A DNA stretch of 64,000 nt from Macrostomum lignano (Eukaryota), in NCBI GenBank assembly GCA_002269645.1, contig NIVC01000172.1, positions 396,558 through 460,557 on the forward strand. The letters run 5' to 3'. Of this stretch, positions 19,994-33,239 are shown in pieces. The translations under genes were made by a program, and so were the position numbers. Position 1 is the first letter of the stretch. Each line of letters starts with the position of its first letter. Below the pieces are notes generated by a model. That model was not told the origin of the DNA, did no database searches, and saw only the letters and a program-made list of their open reading frames with translations.

Positions 19994-20263
19994 TTACACG
20001 GCCGCTTCTGCCGACTCGGCCGGCGGCGCTTCTTCATCAGCCGCAGCAGCCGATGCCTCAGGCGCGCCCGACCGACAACAGTTGCGCCGACAACAACGAC
20101 AGCAACGGCAACATTGGCACAGCAGCAGCAGCAGCACCAGCACTCCCAGCACAGTGAGAAGGACGAGAGTGATCGCCCACCGCCTGTCGCCAAGGTCCCA
20201 ATCATCTTGGGACCGCTTTGCTAAGTCGCCTAGCAAAAACCGCAAGTTCTTCCTTGTGCTCAT
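19994..20263 (-). CDS. Antisense small TM Cys-rich ORF, copy 2
   Basis: Translation identical to 5708-5977. Confidence 0.55.
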   Translation of the reverse strand: MSTRKNLRFLLGDLAKRSQDDWDLGDRRWAITLVLLTVLGVLVLLLLLCQCCRCCRCCRRNCCRSGAPEASAAAADEEAPPAESAEAAV

Positions 20264-20916
20264 GATGAATCGAATTTACCTGATTATTAACCGTCAGTTA
20301 AAAAATCGCTTAACTCGCCTTGCTCCATTTTCAGCTTTGTGTTATATACCCCTTTGGACTGTACACTTTTTCCTAGAATTTTTATCTCCCTTTCGTTCCC
20401 CAGTTAAAAAAATTTAACTTCTACCTTGTACATGATTTATTAGCTGCGCGGTTCCTCGCTAACCCCCCCCCCCAACTTTCGCTGTACAATGATTTTTATT
20501 ACCCTCCTTTTAATTCAACGCGTTTTCATTTTAAGCTTGCGTCGTTCAACCCCGCTTTGCTTTATACACCTATTTTATCGATTTTTTTTGGTTCACCCTT
20601 GCTACGTTTTATTCCATCCTTACTTTACCAACTAGTTTTGCCTCGCCTGACTAAATGCCCTTCTTCGCGCTCTCCTTCTTCTCGCTGTTTAAAATGATGT
20701 TGTACTTTAACCTATGTTACCTTGCTTAAATTGGTTCCCTTTTACTCAAACATTTTTGATAACATTATTCACTGCGCACTATTTTTTCTGCAACAACTTT
20801 TCACGTTTAATACAATGCGTTATCTTTTTCTGCAATTTTATCAATTTTAACCCCTGCTATACTTTTTCTGTTTTTATGCGCTCGGAGGGCCTCGCTTCCC
20901 CGAAAAATAGAGCGAA

Positions 20917-21572
20917 TGAAGTGATACATTTTGACTCAAGAAAGTTCCCATCCAGATTCAATGTATTTTAACCAATGAATGCGCTCCAAATAACAAAAGC
21001 CGAGGACACGACCCCAATCTCAACCAATGAAAAACAGTTATGTACCATCCAATGCGATCAAGACTGAAAAGTACTATAAAAGCTCATGTTAACCAAGCAA
21101 GAAGCCCCCCTTTCTCGCTCCGCCTCTCCTCGCCTTTTCTCTCCTTCGCCCTTCTCCCAGCCGACCTCCTTTTGACTAATTTTGATTAACACAGTTAGGG
21201 TCTCAACCCAAACGCTAAAACTGATAAATTGACTCACTAAAGCTAAACCAACACCCAATCCACGTTCTACAATAGACTGAACCTTCGGTTCACCCGAACA
21301 ATTAGAAACACCTTGTGACTTAAATCGAACGAGCTTCTTATTTGGAATTCCACCTTAGACATTATATTTTGTGAGAAAACATCTCGAGATCGTGACCATC
21401 AAATACAACGGTCTGTAAGTTAACATCAAGTGTTTGCATCATCAGGAAAAGTCAGTTGAATCCGCCGCCTCAGTTATTCGGCTCTCACATTGATATTTGA
21501 AGTAGAACAAGAGCCATAGAAGTGAGAGACCAGAAGAAGAACAATAACGCACATATATTTTAAAATATTTCA
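20917..21572 (+). repeat. 3' LTR of copy 2
   Basis: Matches 6632-7288. Ends TTTCA and is followed by unrelated flank. Confidence 0.8.
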
Positions 21573-21579
21573 GTAGAAC

Positions 21580-22204
21580 CAGGCGCGTCGCCACCGGGGG
21601 GGGGGGCAGGGGGGACATGTCCCCCAGTAAAAGCTATGGGGGGGACATGCCAATGCTTTGTCCCCCCACCCCACCTTGAGACTCGTTGTGGTAAACAAAA
21701 AGTTTTCTTCAGGGCGCCAAAATGAGTGCCTGCGGCGCTAAAATGAGTGCCTGCGGCGCTAAAATGAGTGTCTGCGGCGCCAAAATGAGTGCCTGCGGCG
21801 CCAAAATGAGTGCCTGCGGCGTCAAAATGAGTGCCTACGGCGCTAAAATGAGTGCCTGCGGCGCCAGAATGAGTGCCTGCGGCGTCAAAATGAGTGCCTA
21901 CGGCGCTAAAATGAGTGCCTGCGGCGCCAAAATGAGTGCCTGCGGCGCTAAAATGAGTGCCTGCGGCGCTAAAATGAGTGCCTGCGGCGCTAAAATGAGT
22001 GCCTACGGCGCCAAAATGAGTGCCTGCGGCGCTAAAATGAGTGCCTACGGCGCCAAAATAAGTGCTTGCGGCGCCAAAATGAGTGCCTGCGGCGCTAAAA
22101 TGAGCGCTGACAACACGATTCTCAAAATAATGGAAATGTAGAACTTTAGTCATGTACATTCTTGGCTTTTTCCCCCCACCATAAAATCCATGGCGACGCC
22201 CCTG
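21580..22204. mobile_element. hAT-like MITE with internal 21-bp minisatellite
   Basis: 14-bp TIR caggcgcgtcgcca / tggcgacgcccctg (1 mismatch). Flanks gtagaac and tgtagagc resemble an 8-bp TSD. Confidence 0.75.
21712..22105 (+). repeat. 21-bp minisatellite (ggcgccaaaatgagtgcctgc) x~19
   Basis: Read directly. Confidence 0.95.
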
Positions 22205-22229
22205 TGTAGAGCGAAGGGGGATCTTTTAG

Positions 22230-22700
22230 AAGAGGCCCACATCCACCAGTCGACCAATCATCTGCATCTTCGTGGACTTCCTGAAGGCCTTCGACTCGGT
22301 GTCGAGGCGGTTCATCGCAAACATCCTGCGCGCGTATCACGTATTCATACCTGAGCAGCTGGTGACGGCTGTGTTGGCTCTGCACAAGGAGACCAGGGCG
22401 GCAGTTGTGACGCCGGATGGCCTTTCCAACTTTTTCGACACGTCCTCTGGCGTTCTCCAAGGGGACACCTTGACCCCATTTCTGTTCGCATCTACCTGGG
22501 CGGTCTAGTGCCAATGAATCATGGACACCTCAGGTCGGATCAGCGGAGAGGGCGACTGTTGCAGGCAGTCACAGAAACCGTCCTCCTTTATAATGCTGAA
22601 ATGTGGACACTGACCGGCCCACAGGAGCGGCAACTCGACGCCGCTCACGCTGGACTTCTGCGAGCCCGCCTTCGGTGTCCACTACTCACCGACCGCCACC
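22230..22700 (+). mobile_element. Decayed non-LTR retrotransposon (RTE-like) RT fragments
   Basis: DFLKAFDSV, GVLQGDTLTPFLF, ETVLLYNAEMWTL. Confidence 0.8.
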
Positions 22701-23799
22701 ACCAACACTCATGCAGCGCACGAGTGAGCATAGGACTATTGTCAAAAATCAGCCTTTAGGATAATGCAATCGTCTATGGTTAAACCATGAGCACATTCCA
22801 TTTATTTTTTCACTTAAACTTCAGGATAATGATTTCGAACTCGGAATAATGGACGCCTATTTTTAGAACAAAACAGCAAACACCAACAACAAAAGATTAG
22901 CGCTATGGAAAGTTAATAGTGCAGTATCAATATGGCGCAATTGTCATAGTGCCGAAGACCATTGCAGATTGCAATTGTTGAAAGTGCAGTTGTTCATAAT
23001 AAAGATATTCCGACCGTTCATCTGACGACCATCAGACACGCTCACTGCTTCTTGCACGATGGAACTTTGGATGCTGATGTCAGCAGCCTGATGCCACTAT
23101 TTCATCTTTCGTCATTGCCTCTTGCATATCCAAAGGAACTCGTCTCGGCTCAGTTTCATTCTCTCCATCCTCTTCAGCTGGAGCATCATCCTCGGCCGGT
23201 AGCAGAGGCAAATCATCGGCAGTATCACCGCTCTCAAGAAAGTGCAAGAAGTTCAAAAAGTCTTCGTTATCCTTCATGTCCTTCTGAGATGTGGAAAGTC
23301 TTGAGATCCAATTGAGTTCGCTGCTAGATACGTTGGCTAAACTTTCGACAGGCAGATTGCCCCAGTTGATAGGATATGACGTCTGTTTCTCCATGGCCAA
23401 GCGAATGTAGCTATTTACGTTTTATTCTCTCTTTCTCTCCACATCTCCTTCCTTTCCACCCTCGTAACCCCCGGCCTGTTTGCAACTTCGTTGTCTATGG
23501 CCCAAACTCCAGTAAACCACCTCAGTCTTTATGTCTCTCTCTCCTCGGTAACCCCTCTCTCCTTTCGATGCCCTTTTTGTCTATGGCCCCACTGAAATTC
23601 GACAATGCGGTTATTCGTAAGTGAGACTTTAGGATAATAAAGAGAGGGGTGGAGTGCGCGACTAAAGAGAGAGGTGAGAATGGAGAGCCAATCAGAAGGC
23701 AGCAAGGGAGACAGAGATAAGAATAACAAGATTGAGCTAGACAGAGAGAGAAAACAGAGTAAACAGAGACAAGTGAAGGTGAACTAAGAAATGACTAGG

Positions 23800-24010
23800 A
23801 AAGTCGCGACAGCCGGCCACTTCATCCGAGCAGAGCAGTACTGCCCTGAGCCGCTGCAGACGTGCTGCTGCTCTCTTTTCAAAGGCCGCGTCGGCATTGG
23901 TCAGGAGAGAAGCTGTCTGCCTTTCGTCTGTCTGCTTCTAAGAGATGCTGAGATGTCTGACCATCGCGGACTCGCTGTTCTGCGCAACTCTTCGCTTGCG
24001 CGCACATTTT
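23800..24010 (+). mobile_element. RTE-like LINE 3' fragment
   Basis: AGHFIRAEQYCPEP matches the VIRVEGYCPQPV fragment at ~54200. Confidence 0.6.
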
Positions 24011-24066
24011 GACAGCAGCCCAGCTTGGCTTGTCCAGGGTTGCTGTAGTTTGTTGTTGTTTTTGAA

Positions 24067-24400
24067 GGGGGGCTGTGGCCCGGGGTTCTATCGCGGCGCT
24101 CTGATGTGCCAGCGGCCCAGGCTCGATTCCAAGTGCAGTCACGGTAATTTGAGGCTAAATTGGAATCTCGGCTTGGCTCTGCTCGTGCAATTAACGCCCT
24201 TGAGGCACAGTGAAGTGTACATGCCTAACGATAAATAATGTTGGGGCCGCTGTACACTCCTGTGTGAGTGTGTGCCTGCGTACGTATCCGCGTGCTTGTG
24301 TGCCTGCTCGGGGGAGTCGGCGGAATGGGCAGTGATGCCTCTCGCCGGTTGTGTGACAGGGTGCACACAGCCAACTGCCTCCAATGAAATGTAAAAAAAA
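24067..24400 (+). mobile_element. tRNA-derived SINE (degenerate copy)
   Basis: B-box-like ggctcgattcc and an A-rich tail. Aligns to the reverse complement of 61473-61836. Confidence 0.75.
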
Positions 24401-25260
24401 TTATCGGATGTTCTTTTTGCTGCTTTCAGAGAATGCCGAGCATAAGTCAGAATGCCAACTTTGCAGATGCAGCTGAAGCCCAAAACGCGGCGTACCGCGG
24501 GAGCTTACTTTTTCACCATTACAGCTATGGCAGCCAAAATCTTTGGACATTTGAATGTCACCTAATTTCAGTAGAACTAAACATCTACACATTCCTGCAT
24601 TACCGGCTGATATGAAAGCTAACTTTGAAACAGAATACGGCTTGTATCATCGACTAAGATTAAAGGGACATGTATGTAATTTTTGGAAGTCAGCTAGTTC
24701 CTTTACGAGAATAAATTTAAACAAAGTTTCACACAGCATGACAAGCTAAATTATGTTTATTCTTAGTAAAGCGAGGTTAACAAAAAGCCTTGCAGGATTA
24801 AAAGCAGATAAACATCAATCCGTGGCAATCAGTGGGAAATTTGAGAACTTTGATGACTTCTTAATTAATGGGATAGAATTTTTTTGTCTTGCAATAAATT
24901 CAGAACGTCACACTCAGGTCATGAAATAAACGTTTTTATAGAGCTGAATACCGCACATCAATGGCATGCAAAAGTGTGTAGTAACTTGAATCAAAAAGAG
25001 TTAAAGCTCTGGTTTTCTAAAATTACATAAAAATAAATTACTAATCAGGAGGATGAAGCATTGATTCGGAAGTAAGAATGATATGCGAGTATAATATTGC
25101 TCTAAAGGTTTGAGTACGGGTCTATGATTTGCGAACTCGTTGGTTTAATTATTTTAAATTCAAATTGGTGTCCAATTCGAAACCTTTTGCACAAAAATCG
25201 CCTATCAAAACGTATTTAATCCGTCAGGCTCAGCGACTCCTTGTGAGTATCTCGTAGCCT

Positions 25261-28200
25261 TCAAAAAGGCAGCTTAGCCAAGGACAGAGCCAGTCCGAAA
25301 GCCATCGTCAGGACTCCCAGAGCCGCGGTGACAATCGAGCCAGCCTTTGGCGTTGTGGCTGGCGCCTGAGTGGTCATCTCAGCAGCAATGAAATCTCGGT
25401 ACCACTTGGCGCTGTCCTTCAAGGTTCTGGGCCGCTCAGGATCGTTGAAGTCCACCGAGACGATGCCGAAGTGCTCCGTGTAGCCCTCGGCCCATTCGAA
25501 GTTGTCCATGAGGGACCAGGCGAAGTAGCCGACTACGTTGCACTTGAACTCGTTCTTGGCTGCAGGGATGGTGAAAGAGAATGAAATCCTGCATTCGTGG
25601 CATTCATGAAGACCGTGTGTGTAGACAGGAGGGACTGTAGGAGACCATCCTCTTCCAACTTCGTTCATAGCCAGATGATCAATATCAAAGATATAATCAA
25701 GGATGTCCTCAGACAAGTAACCTGGCATGGGCCTGTTTTGTATCTGTTAGGAGCTAGTAAAGAATGCCTTATTAAGTAGTCTTGAGTTGTGGCAGTGCCC
25801 TATGGGCTCCATTCTAGGGCATTCAATGTGATAGAATTTCTGTTTGTTTTGTAAATATTCAGCTCAAGATGTCTTTTATTACCCTGCGTAACGTTGCCGA
25901 TGTACTCTCTGTAGAAGTCAATCCGGTGTTGGTCACTGGTGGTCCCGTCATTGTCAGAAACTCCGTTCTCCGTGACCACAAGGGGCGGGTTGTCGTACCG
26001 CTCGCTGAGCCACTTGATGCCCTCGCGAATGCCGAATGGTGTCACCTTGAGCCAGATGCTGCCGCTTCCAGGCCAGCTGGGATCCAGAGAGGAAACCAAG
26101 TCCTGATCGTCATAGTATCCGCCATCGTTGCTCAGTATTTTGTGCTCAGCAATGCTGGAGGTGTAATAGTTCAGGCCGAAGAAGTCGCTGGAGCCTTTCA
26201 GCTCGGCTTTCTCATCCGCTGTGAACTCGGGCAGCCTGAGGAAAAAACAAAGGAGAGCAACGAGACCTTTAGAAGGGCTTAAAAATCTTTATCCAGCAAC
26301 GATATCTGTCTGAAAATCTAAAGTGAAGCATAAAAAATAAGCGGTCTGTTTCCGGGACGAATGAAGCCGGCAAAGACATCCTGCTTGCAGCTGTCTTCAT
26401 CTGAACACGCACTAAGGAACGTGTTCGAAAGAAAAGCTGGGCAAACTAGACAAACAGAAACCGGATTCGAACCCGATTGGAGGCTGATATTTCTAAAGCC
26501 AGTTTAATACGTAGCCAAACTGACTTGAACGGTCAGAAGTTCGTACCTTGACTTTGGCAAGCCGGCTGCCGCACTCTTGTTACCGATCCGGGTCTTCATC
26601 TCCTCGGGGTAGTCGCCGAAGTACACCGGGTCGGAGTACCAGCCAAACATGAACTCCATGGCTCGCTGAGCGGCTTTCTTGTCCAATTCGCTGGACGGGT
26701 CCTTCGGCAAGACGTAGGCGCCATTGAGCGTGATGCCAACTTTGCCCTGCTGCGTGGGCTTGAAGTCTTTCTCGTAGATCCTGTAGGCCTTGGCGTGGGC
26801 GCGCAGGAGATTGTGTCCCACAATGTACAGGGTAGTCTTTAACTCCTTCTTGCCGGGCGCGTGTCTGCCTTCTCCGTTGCCCACCACGTTGAACACCCAG
26901 GGCTCGTTGAATGTGATCCACCACTTGACCTGGATGGAAGAAATGGAGGATTTTTCATAGAAAAGTACAAGTACATCGGATTCTTGGAGCCATCGATAGA
27001 TGGCTATAAGGTAACGTACGAGTTTAAAAGAAAAAAATGCTGTGTGCTGTGAATGTGCGTGCTCTAGTTTACGATAGGCCGACGACACAGCCCTCAGTGT
27101 TTCAGCAGCGTTGGTCGTTGGACCCAGGATTGACTGCAGCATGACTTGACTGACTGCTTATGCACCGGTAAACTGTGCCATTGACATTTCTTGCGTTAAT
27201 ACGTCTGCTCATCCCACCCGTATTCTGTCACCTTTTTGCGTGGGGGTGATGTTGTGAAAATGCATGCCCTATGCTATTACGAGTAAATGTATGTGACGAA
27301 CGCTCACTTATGTACACCTGTAAGTCAGACAATGCTGCAGTTACAACAATCTGCAAATCATCCTATGGCTTTTGTTAAAACTGACGTTTTGATTCTGAGC
27401 TTTCGACTTCAACGCATTTTTGCGGTTTGCCAAGATTGCGAAACTGCGTGAGAACAGTGGTAAAGATTCCAAGGTCCCACACCATCAATCAATCTTGAAG
27501 ATAAGTAATCAATTCACGTATGGGTTTGTCGCCAAGCAGAAAAAAGAGAGAAGAACTTTAAAGAAATTGCAAGAAACTTTTGGAGCGAAAAATAATACAC
27601 TAACAATATTCAAGAGCTGATCCTTCAGTGAAACGGTGAACTGATAAGATAACAGATTTTCTTAGTTTGAGTCTTTAAATCAAGATATACCGACCGCTGT
27701 CTAAACCAAAGTCGTCAATGTCAAAAAATTTCATCTATGAAAACTTGCTTATGACAACTTTCAACTCAAGCTAGAGATAAAGCGACAGTGTTTTGACAAA
27801 CTGATAACGTCACCCAGAAACCGTCGCAAACAGGCCACCAAGTTTGTTGGCCCAGGTCCATGAGGAACGGTAAATTCATTCAATGACATTCTAAAATTCA
27901 ACTGGAGGGTGTGTTAGTTTATATTCGCACACCCAAGCTTAGGCGTCCGTTTTTGAGGCATTTTGGCTGATGCCTAACTCACACGGTTGGCTCTACAGCA
28001 AATGATCCTGCATGACACCCGTGTCTTTTCCCATCGAAAGAAAATTCCTAATCAGTTCACAACTAGCTTACCTTGTCGCCCAGCTTCTCGAACATCAGCT
28101 TGGCGTAGTCCACAAAGTGCGGAATGATCTGCTCGCTCTCCCAGCCTTCAAACTCATTCTGCAGAGTCAGCGGCAGATCCCAGTGGTAGAGAGTCGCCAT

Positions 28201-28808
28201 GGGCTGAATTCCGTTTGCAAGCAGTTCGTCCACCAGGTTTACGTAATATTGAATGCCTTTCTCGTTTATGCCACCCGCCAGGGTTCCGTTGGGCAGAACT
28301 CGAGGCCAGGAGATCGAGAATCGGTAACCATTGACGCCTAACTGTTTGAGCAGCTGGACATCCTCTTTGTACTTTTCATAGCTTCTGCAGGCTATGTCGC
28401 CGGTGCTGTTGTCCTTGATGGTGGTGCCGTTTCGGCGGACAAACTCGTCCCAGATGCTCATTCCTTTGCCTGCGAATGGTGTAATTCAAGATGGAGTTAT
28501 TTCCAGACGTCATTTCCAAGCTATTTCCAAGCGACATCATCGAAGCCTCTTAACAGATACGCCATCAAAAACTGCGATGAAATCCACAGTGATCTTTAAT
28601 TGATCGCTTATAGCACGTAGCTACTTTCTTGCCTTTAATTGCCACTCAAAGCTGGTATTCACTTACCGTCAACATCCCAGGCGCCCTCGATCTGGTAGGA
28701 GGACGTCGCCGTGCCCCAGATGAACTCCTGAGCGGTGCACTGTCGGGACATGCTGGTCAGCAGCAGAGTTAACGAAATCGCAGCGACTAGCGGCATTTGC
28801 AGCGTCAT
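25261..28808 (-). CDS. Glycoside hydrolase family 1 beta-glucosidase A (lactase-phlorizin-hydrolase-like), 5 exons, 524 aa
   Basis: Exons 28808-28667, 28469-28072, 26929-26547, 26235-25883, 25559-25261. All introns are GT-AG and the total is 1575 nt. Motifs [17 protein letters not shown] (acid/base), TENG (nucleophile), DNFEWAEG. Signal peptide and hydrophobic C-terminus. Confidence 0.95.
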
Positions 28809-28947
28809 TTTAAAACAATTTTTGTAGCACTGGGTCAGCTAAAACTTGGGAAAACTACGCCGATTTCCGGCTGGCGAATTCTCACGGGAATTTAAGCTCG
28901 CACAAACCAATCGAGTATCGAAGTCCGGGGAGCGGGTGTGGCCGATA

Positions 28948-28954
28948 TTTTATA
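28948..28954 (-). promoter_or_regulatory. TATA box of GH1-A
   Basis: TATAAAA ~140 bp upstream of the ATG, same spacing as in GH1-B. Confidence 0.5.
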
Positions 28955-29419
28955 ACCATGGCATTGCACTGCATGGTGCCTGGCATGCTGTTATCTTATC
29001 TTGGACGTTTGCCATGGGCTATGCAGCAAAAAATTAAGCATTCGGGCAGGACACCCGTTGAGTTTTCCAAGCCATATTTACTGTATCTGGCTTGGTCTGA
29101 CTGATTTTCAATGAATAATCTACAGATCTGATGAAATTCTCTCTCCCACATGGACGGGCTCACAATGGGCTTGAGCTTGGCTTGCTGCAATGGAGCTGGT
29201 TAAGCAAAGTAATAAATTATTTGGATCTAGCCAGCCGATTTCTCGCTGCCTCTTCTCTCTCAAATAATTTAACACCAGGTAAAATTAGTACAGTTTTAGG
29301 TTTAACATTGAAATAAGATCATATATAAATACTAGGGAAATAGGTAAAGCAAATGTCACTGATACCAAACTATCTACTCTAATACTTTGTAGCATGTCCT
29401 TTTGACTTAATCACAGCAT

Positions 29420-29875
29420 CTTATCGCCTAGGCATACTGTCCACCAGCTTCTGGCACACACACTGCCCACGAGTCCTCAATGATGCGGTACATCTGATCA
29501 AGGGAAGCTGGATGCTGCCTCTGGATGTCCCGCTCGACCCAGTTCCACAGATTCTCAATCGGATTGAGGTCTGGTGACTGCGTTGGACAGTCCATGGTGC
29601 GGATGTTGTTCCCAGCAAGCCATGCCTTCACAACCTTGGAGGTGTGTATCAAATCGTTGTCCTGCTGACAGTGCACCTGGGATCGAATTCCTCGACACCA
29701 ACTCGGCGGCGCACATACCGGCAGCCGTCAGAATCAGTGCGGTAAAATTTGCTCTCGTCACTCCAGATGGTCTTGGTCCAGTCCTGGGGTGTCCAGCTTG
29801 CATGCTGCTTTGCCCAGTTCAAGCGCCGCTTCCAGTTTTTGTCGGAGATAAATGGCTTCTTAGCAATGCACCTTT
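29420..29875 (-). mobile_element. Tc1/mariner transposase remnant
   Basis: WSDESKF, QQDND, SPDLNPIENLW (DD34E type). Internally deleted. Confidence 0.85.
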
Positions 29876-30149
29876 ATAGCACCTTTTAACCCAATTGATG
29901 AAGTGGTCTTATTTACTGTGTGACTTATCAAATTCGAAAGTGAGACAAGTGACTCAAATTAAACACGCTAAATTGCAAGTAATTACCCAACACATCACTA
30001 ATTTAATTGATTGATACCATGGTTATCTATAACTTATTAGATTAAAATGCTTCCGCAATCTGTGTAGGTTATGAAGTTAAAAGTTCGAAGTTGTGTTAGT
30101 TGGTCTGATTTCATTGTGCGCCACTGTACATGTACAACAGAATACGCTG

Positions 30150-30900
30150 TCAGTGTCACATGGCGCCTCAGGGCCAAGTCACGAATGAACGCCACGCCGC
30201 CGGCGTCAGCCAGCAGGCAATCGACGATACGTGGACAGTACGTCTCTGAGCGGATGATGTGGCCTGTCAGCTGGAGTCGCCGATGGTGCCACAGGTCGCT
30301 TCGGCGCGATAATACAAAGCCGCGTTGGTCACTCGCTCGTAGCCGATCTTGAACGCTTGAGCGAATCCATCAGCGTCCAGGTCTCGGCGTTGTACAACAG
30401 GGCGGACTCGACCACCGCCTGGAACAACGCCGCCCTCTGGCGGTCAGGTAGGGCCTTGGACTGCAGGACTGCCTTCACAGAACGAAAGGTAGCCTAGGCA
30501 AGGCCAGGGCGACGCTGCGAATACTCGCGGACGCCGGGAACCAGACCGCCGTGGTAGACGAACTGCTGACAACGCGAAAGCTCTGTCGCCTGTCCATCAG
30601 CGCCTCGGAACAAGATCTCAGCCTCGATGTCGTCTGGCACGCAGAACACGACGGTCATCTGCGTGTTGACCACCAGGCCGACACTCGCCGCAACAGCAAC
30701 TAGCTTGTCCAGTTGTCGCTGGGAGTTGAGGACAGCAGGGCAAGGTCGTTGGCGTAGCCCAGCACGCTGAGTCGTCTCTCCGGACGACTTCGAACCACGC
30801 GTCGCCGCAACAGAAAGCCGTCATCGTTAGTAGGTAGAGCTATCCGCAGAAATCTCGCTGTCTGCAAGTCTGCAACTCGCATACGTCGACAACATCACCC
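30150..30900 (-). mobile_element. RTE-like LINE fragment
   Basis: GYANDLALLS (degenerate YADD) and ALFQAVVESALLYNAETW-type text, frameshifted. Confidence 0.75.
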
Positions 30901-30944
30901 TTCTACGTCGCGATCTGGCTGCCGCTCAACGTGCTCCCACGCAC

Positions 30945-31610
30945 TAGGCTCTTATGAGGAGGGTAACCCACGTTGGACTGGTGATTAACGCCTCCAAGAC
31001 GGAAGTGCTTCATGTAGCTACTGACACGTCTGCTCCTGGCTCTGCCAAATGGAGATGTCATCAAGGTGTGCGAACACTTCCGTTACCTCCGCTCCGGCAA
31101 TCCCGCGTGGCTGTCCCATGTCCTTTCCCGCCCTGCGCAGGGCCCGGCCTGCTTGGACTTAACCGCAGGGACATCAGGGCGGTGACCATGGCCCTCTCGG
31201 GTCACGGCTGTTTTGCCAGGCATCGCCACCTCCAGGGAAAAATCCACAGTGAGGAATGCCCATTCTGCCTCTCCGGTGTCGAGAATGCGGATCAATTCAT
31301 CTGTGAATGCCCCGCCTTTACTCAGAACAGGCTCACCTCCCTCGGCCAAAACCCGGACCTCTCCGATGTTTTCAGGCACGAGAATCTACCAGCTCATCCG
31401 CTACCTGAGGCCACCAAGCGAGCGACCATCCACCTCCTGGACTCTCCGGAGGGGGACCGCGCTGCGGACAACGGCACCACCGGAACTCCCTGCGCGACAC
31501 CGCAGCACTAGCTGCCCGTGGTCACCAGGCGTTAGCGAAATGGGCGGCAACGCCTCCTAGCTGTTTCCAGACGCACGGAGCCCCCAGCTGCAGCTAAGTC
31601 AAGTAAGTCA
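30945..31610 (+). mobile_element. LINE fragments: short RTE piece plus I/R1-group C-terminal zinc-knuckle region and 3' taagtcaag tail
   Basis: GLVINASKTE; LSGHGCFARH...CPFC...CECP; ends gctaagtcaagtaagtca. Confidence 0.65.
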
Positions 31611-33239
31611 GCTCCCTTGTGTTGAGCCTGAACAGAATCATCTCCAACAGAACTCGGGCCTGGCGCGTGTCCCGTCTGCTTAGGAGAACCTTCAACTTAA
31701 CGGAACCGATACTCCTGTGATAGCAGGGAAGCTGCTCCACTGACTAAGACGCGACAACACGCCCTGGGTGCGCACTAAATCAGCACTGGTTCTCCTTCAT
31801 CAGCCCACTAGGCGTCTGCGGAGCGGGCCGCCTGTCAATCAGCAAATCAAATTATAAAGAAGATAAGCTTAGTGAAAAGACACAAACCAATTGGTTTTCA
31901 ATTCCTGCATCCATGCAGGAAAGGCCCCAAAAATGATGGACCAAATGTGTTTCTATGTATATAGTTAAATATATAAAATATATATATATATGCATACCAT
32001 GGTGTCCATAGGCAGTGTGGACAATCAGGGCAATGTCCACAAAGCAGCTCGCGGCAGTGCCAAATTCAAACAAATTGCAATATTCGTTAAAACAGTCATA
32101 AACAGTAAAGCACGCAGCATGCATTAAGATAAGCAGAATACTAAATTTCAAAACGGTATTAAATTGTTTAAATTAATTTAGCAGCATATTCAATTGTAAA
32201 CAGGCATCTCACAATTCCCGTCTCCGTGGATCATAAGCATTATATAATCATATACTATATCTATTATTGTTGTTAACCAGCATTGAGAACAACAATTATA
32301 AGCTTTTCATAACAGTCAAAAGCTGCTGCAGGCTTCAAAACTCCAAAGATTTGGGCCTCTTAAAGCATCAAAGGCGTGCAATGGAAAATCGAGGCGAGAG
32401 CAGTGCGAAATTTTTTGTTTTACAAATTTCCAGTCATAGTCGCATTCAACTACTGATTCAGTAGAAACACGCGGAGGCAAATTATATGAAGCCAAAGCGC
32501 TGTGATGATAAATCTGGGAGTTAATTGGGTGCCAACTAAAAACACAAGCATAAGTAGGTGAAAGCTACAGGTGACAATATAATAACTATAAATATGCTAA
32601 TATAAAAAACTTTCAGAAAGTCAATTCTCTTTTTCAACAACGCGAGCTTGTTTGTACTAATTTAAGCACTAAAGACGTACAAGGAAGGCTGGATAATATT
32701 AATTAGATCAGGAAAAGAGAAGGATAGACGGCGGTTAAGTGCACATGTACTGCAGAATGCGACATGTAAATAATAGACAGATCTATATGCATATAAATAT
32801 AATTAAACAATATGGAAAACATTGGGCACGCATGTCTGTACAAAACTCTCTCTGCATGGACAGACCATCCCGGCAAAAGATGATTTATTAATTGTTCAAC
32901 TATTAAGTAATAAAACAACACAAAAGCAATACGTTGTTCACGGCGTGCTCTACTAGTAGTAATATAAGCATTCGCTGAATATATTGTAATTACAAGCATA
33001 AAAGTTATATATGCATACCGGATTAGCAAGAAACCGATAAACAAAGCATTATTAGAATATTAGCAATACTCAATGCTACTCGTAGTAGCGACTTTAATTT
33101 GTGTCGGATTACGAAAGGAGCGGTTCACATGGGCGCAATTTAAATAATTCTGCGCCTTCTGAGCATGCATAATGCTTACATGACGGACGAGTTTGTATAT
33201 TTGCTATACTTGCTACTGTTTAAGTAGCATTACTCTGTT

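Larger units (their letters stand above)
6632..21572 (+). mobile_element. Full-length Ty3/Gypsy element, copy 2 (LTR-PBS-leader-gag-env-pol-ORFX-antisense ORF-PPT-LTR)
   Basis: Two near-identical LTRs (one 1-bp C-run difference seen), a PBS, a PPT and a complete domain set. Confidence 0.93.
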
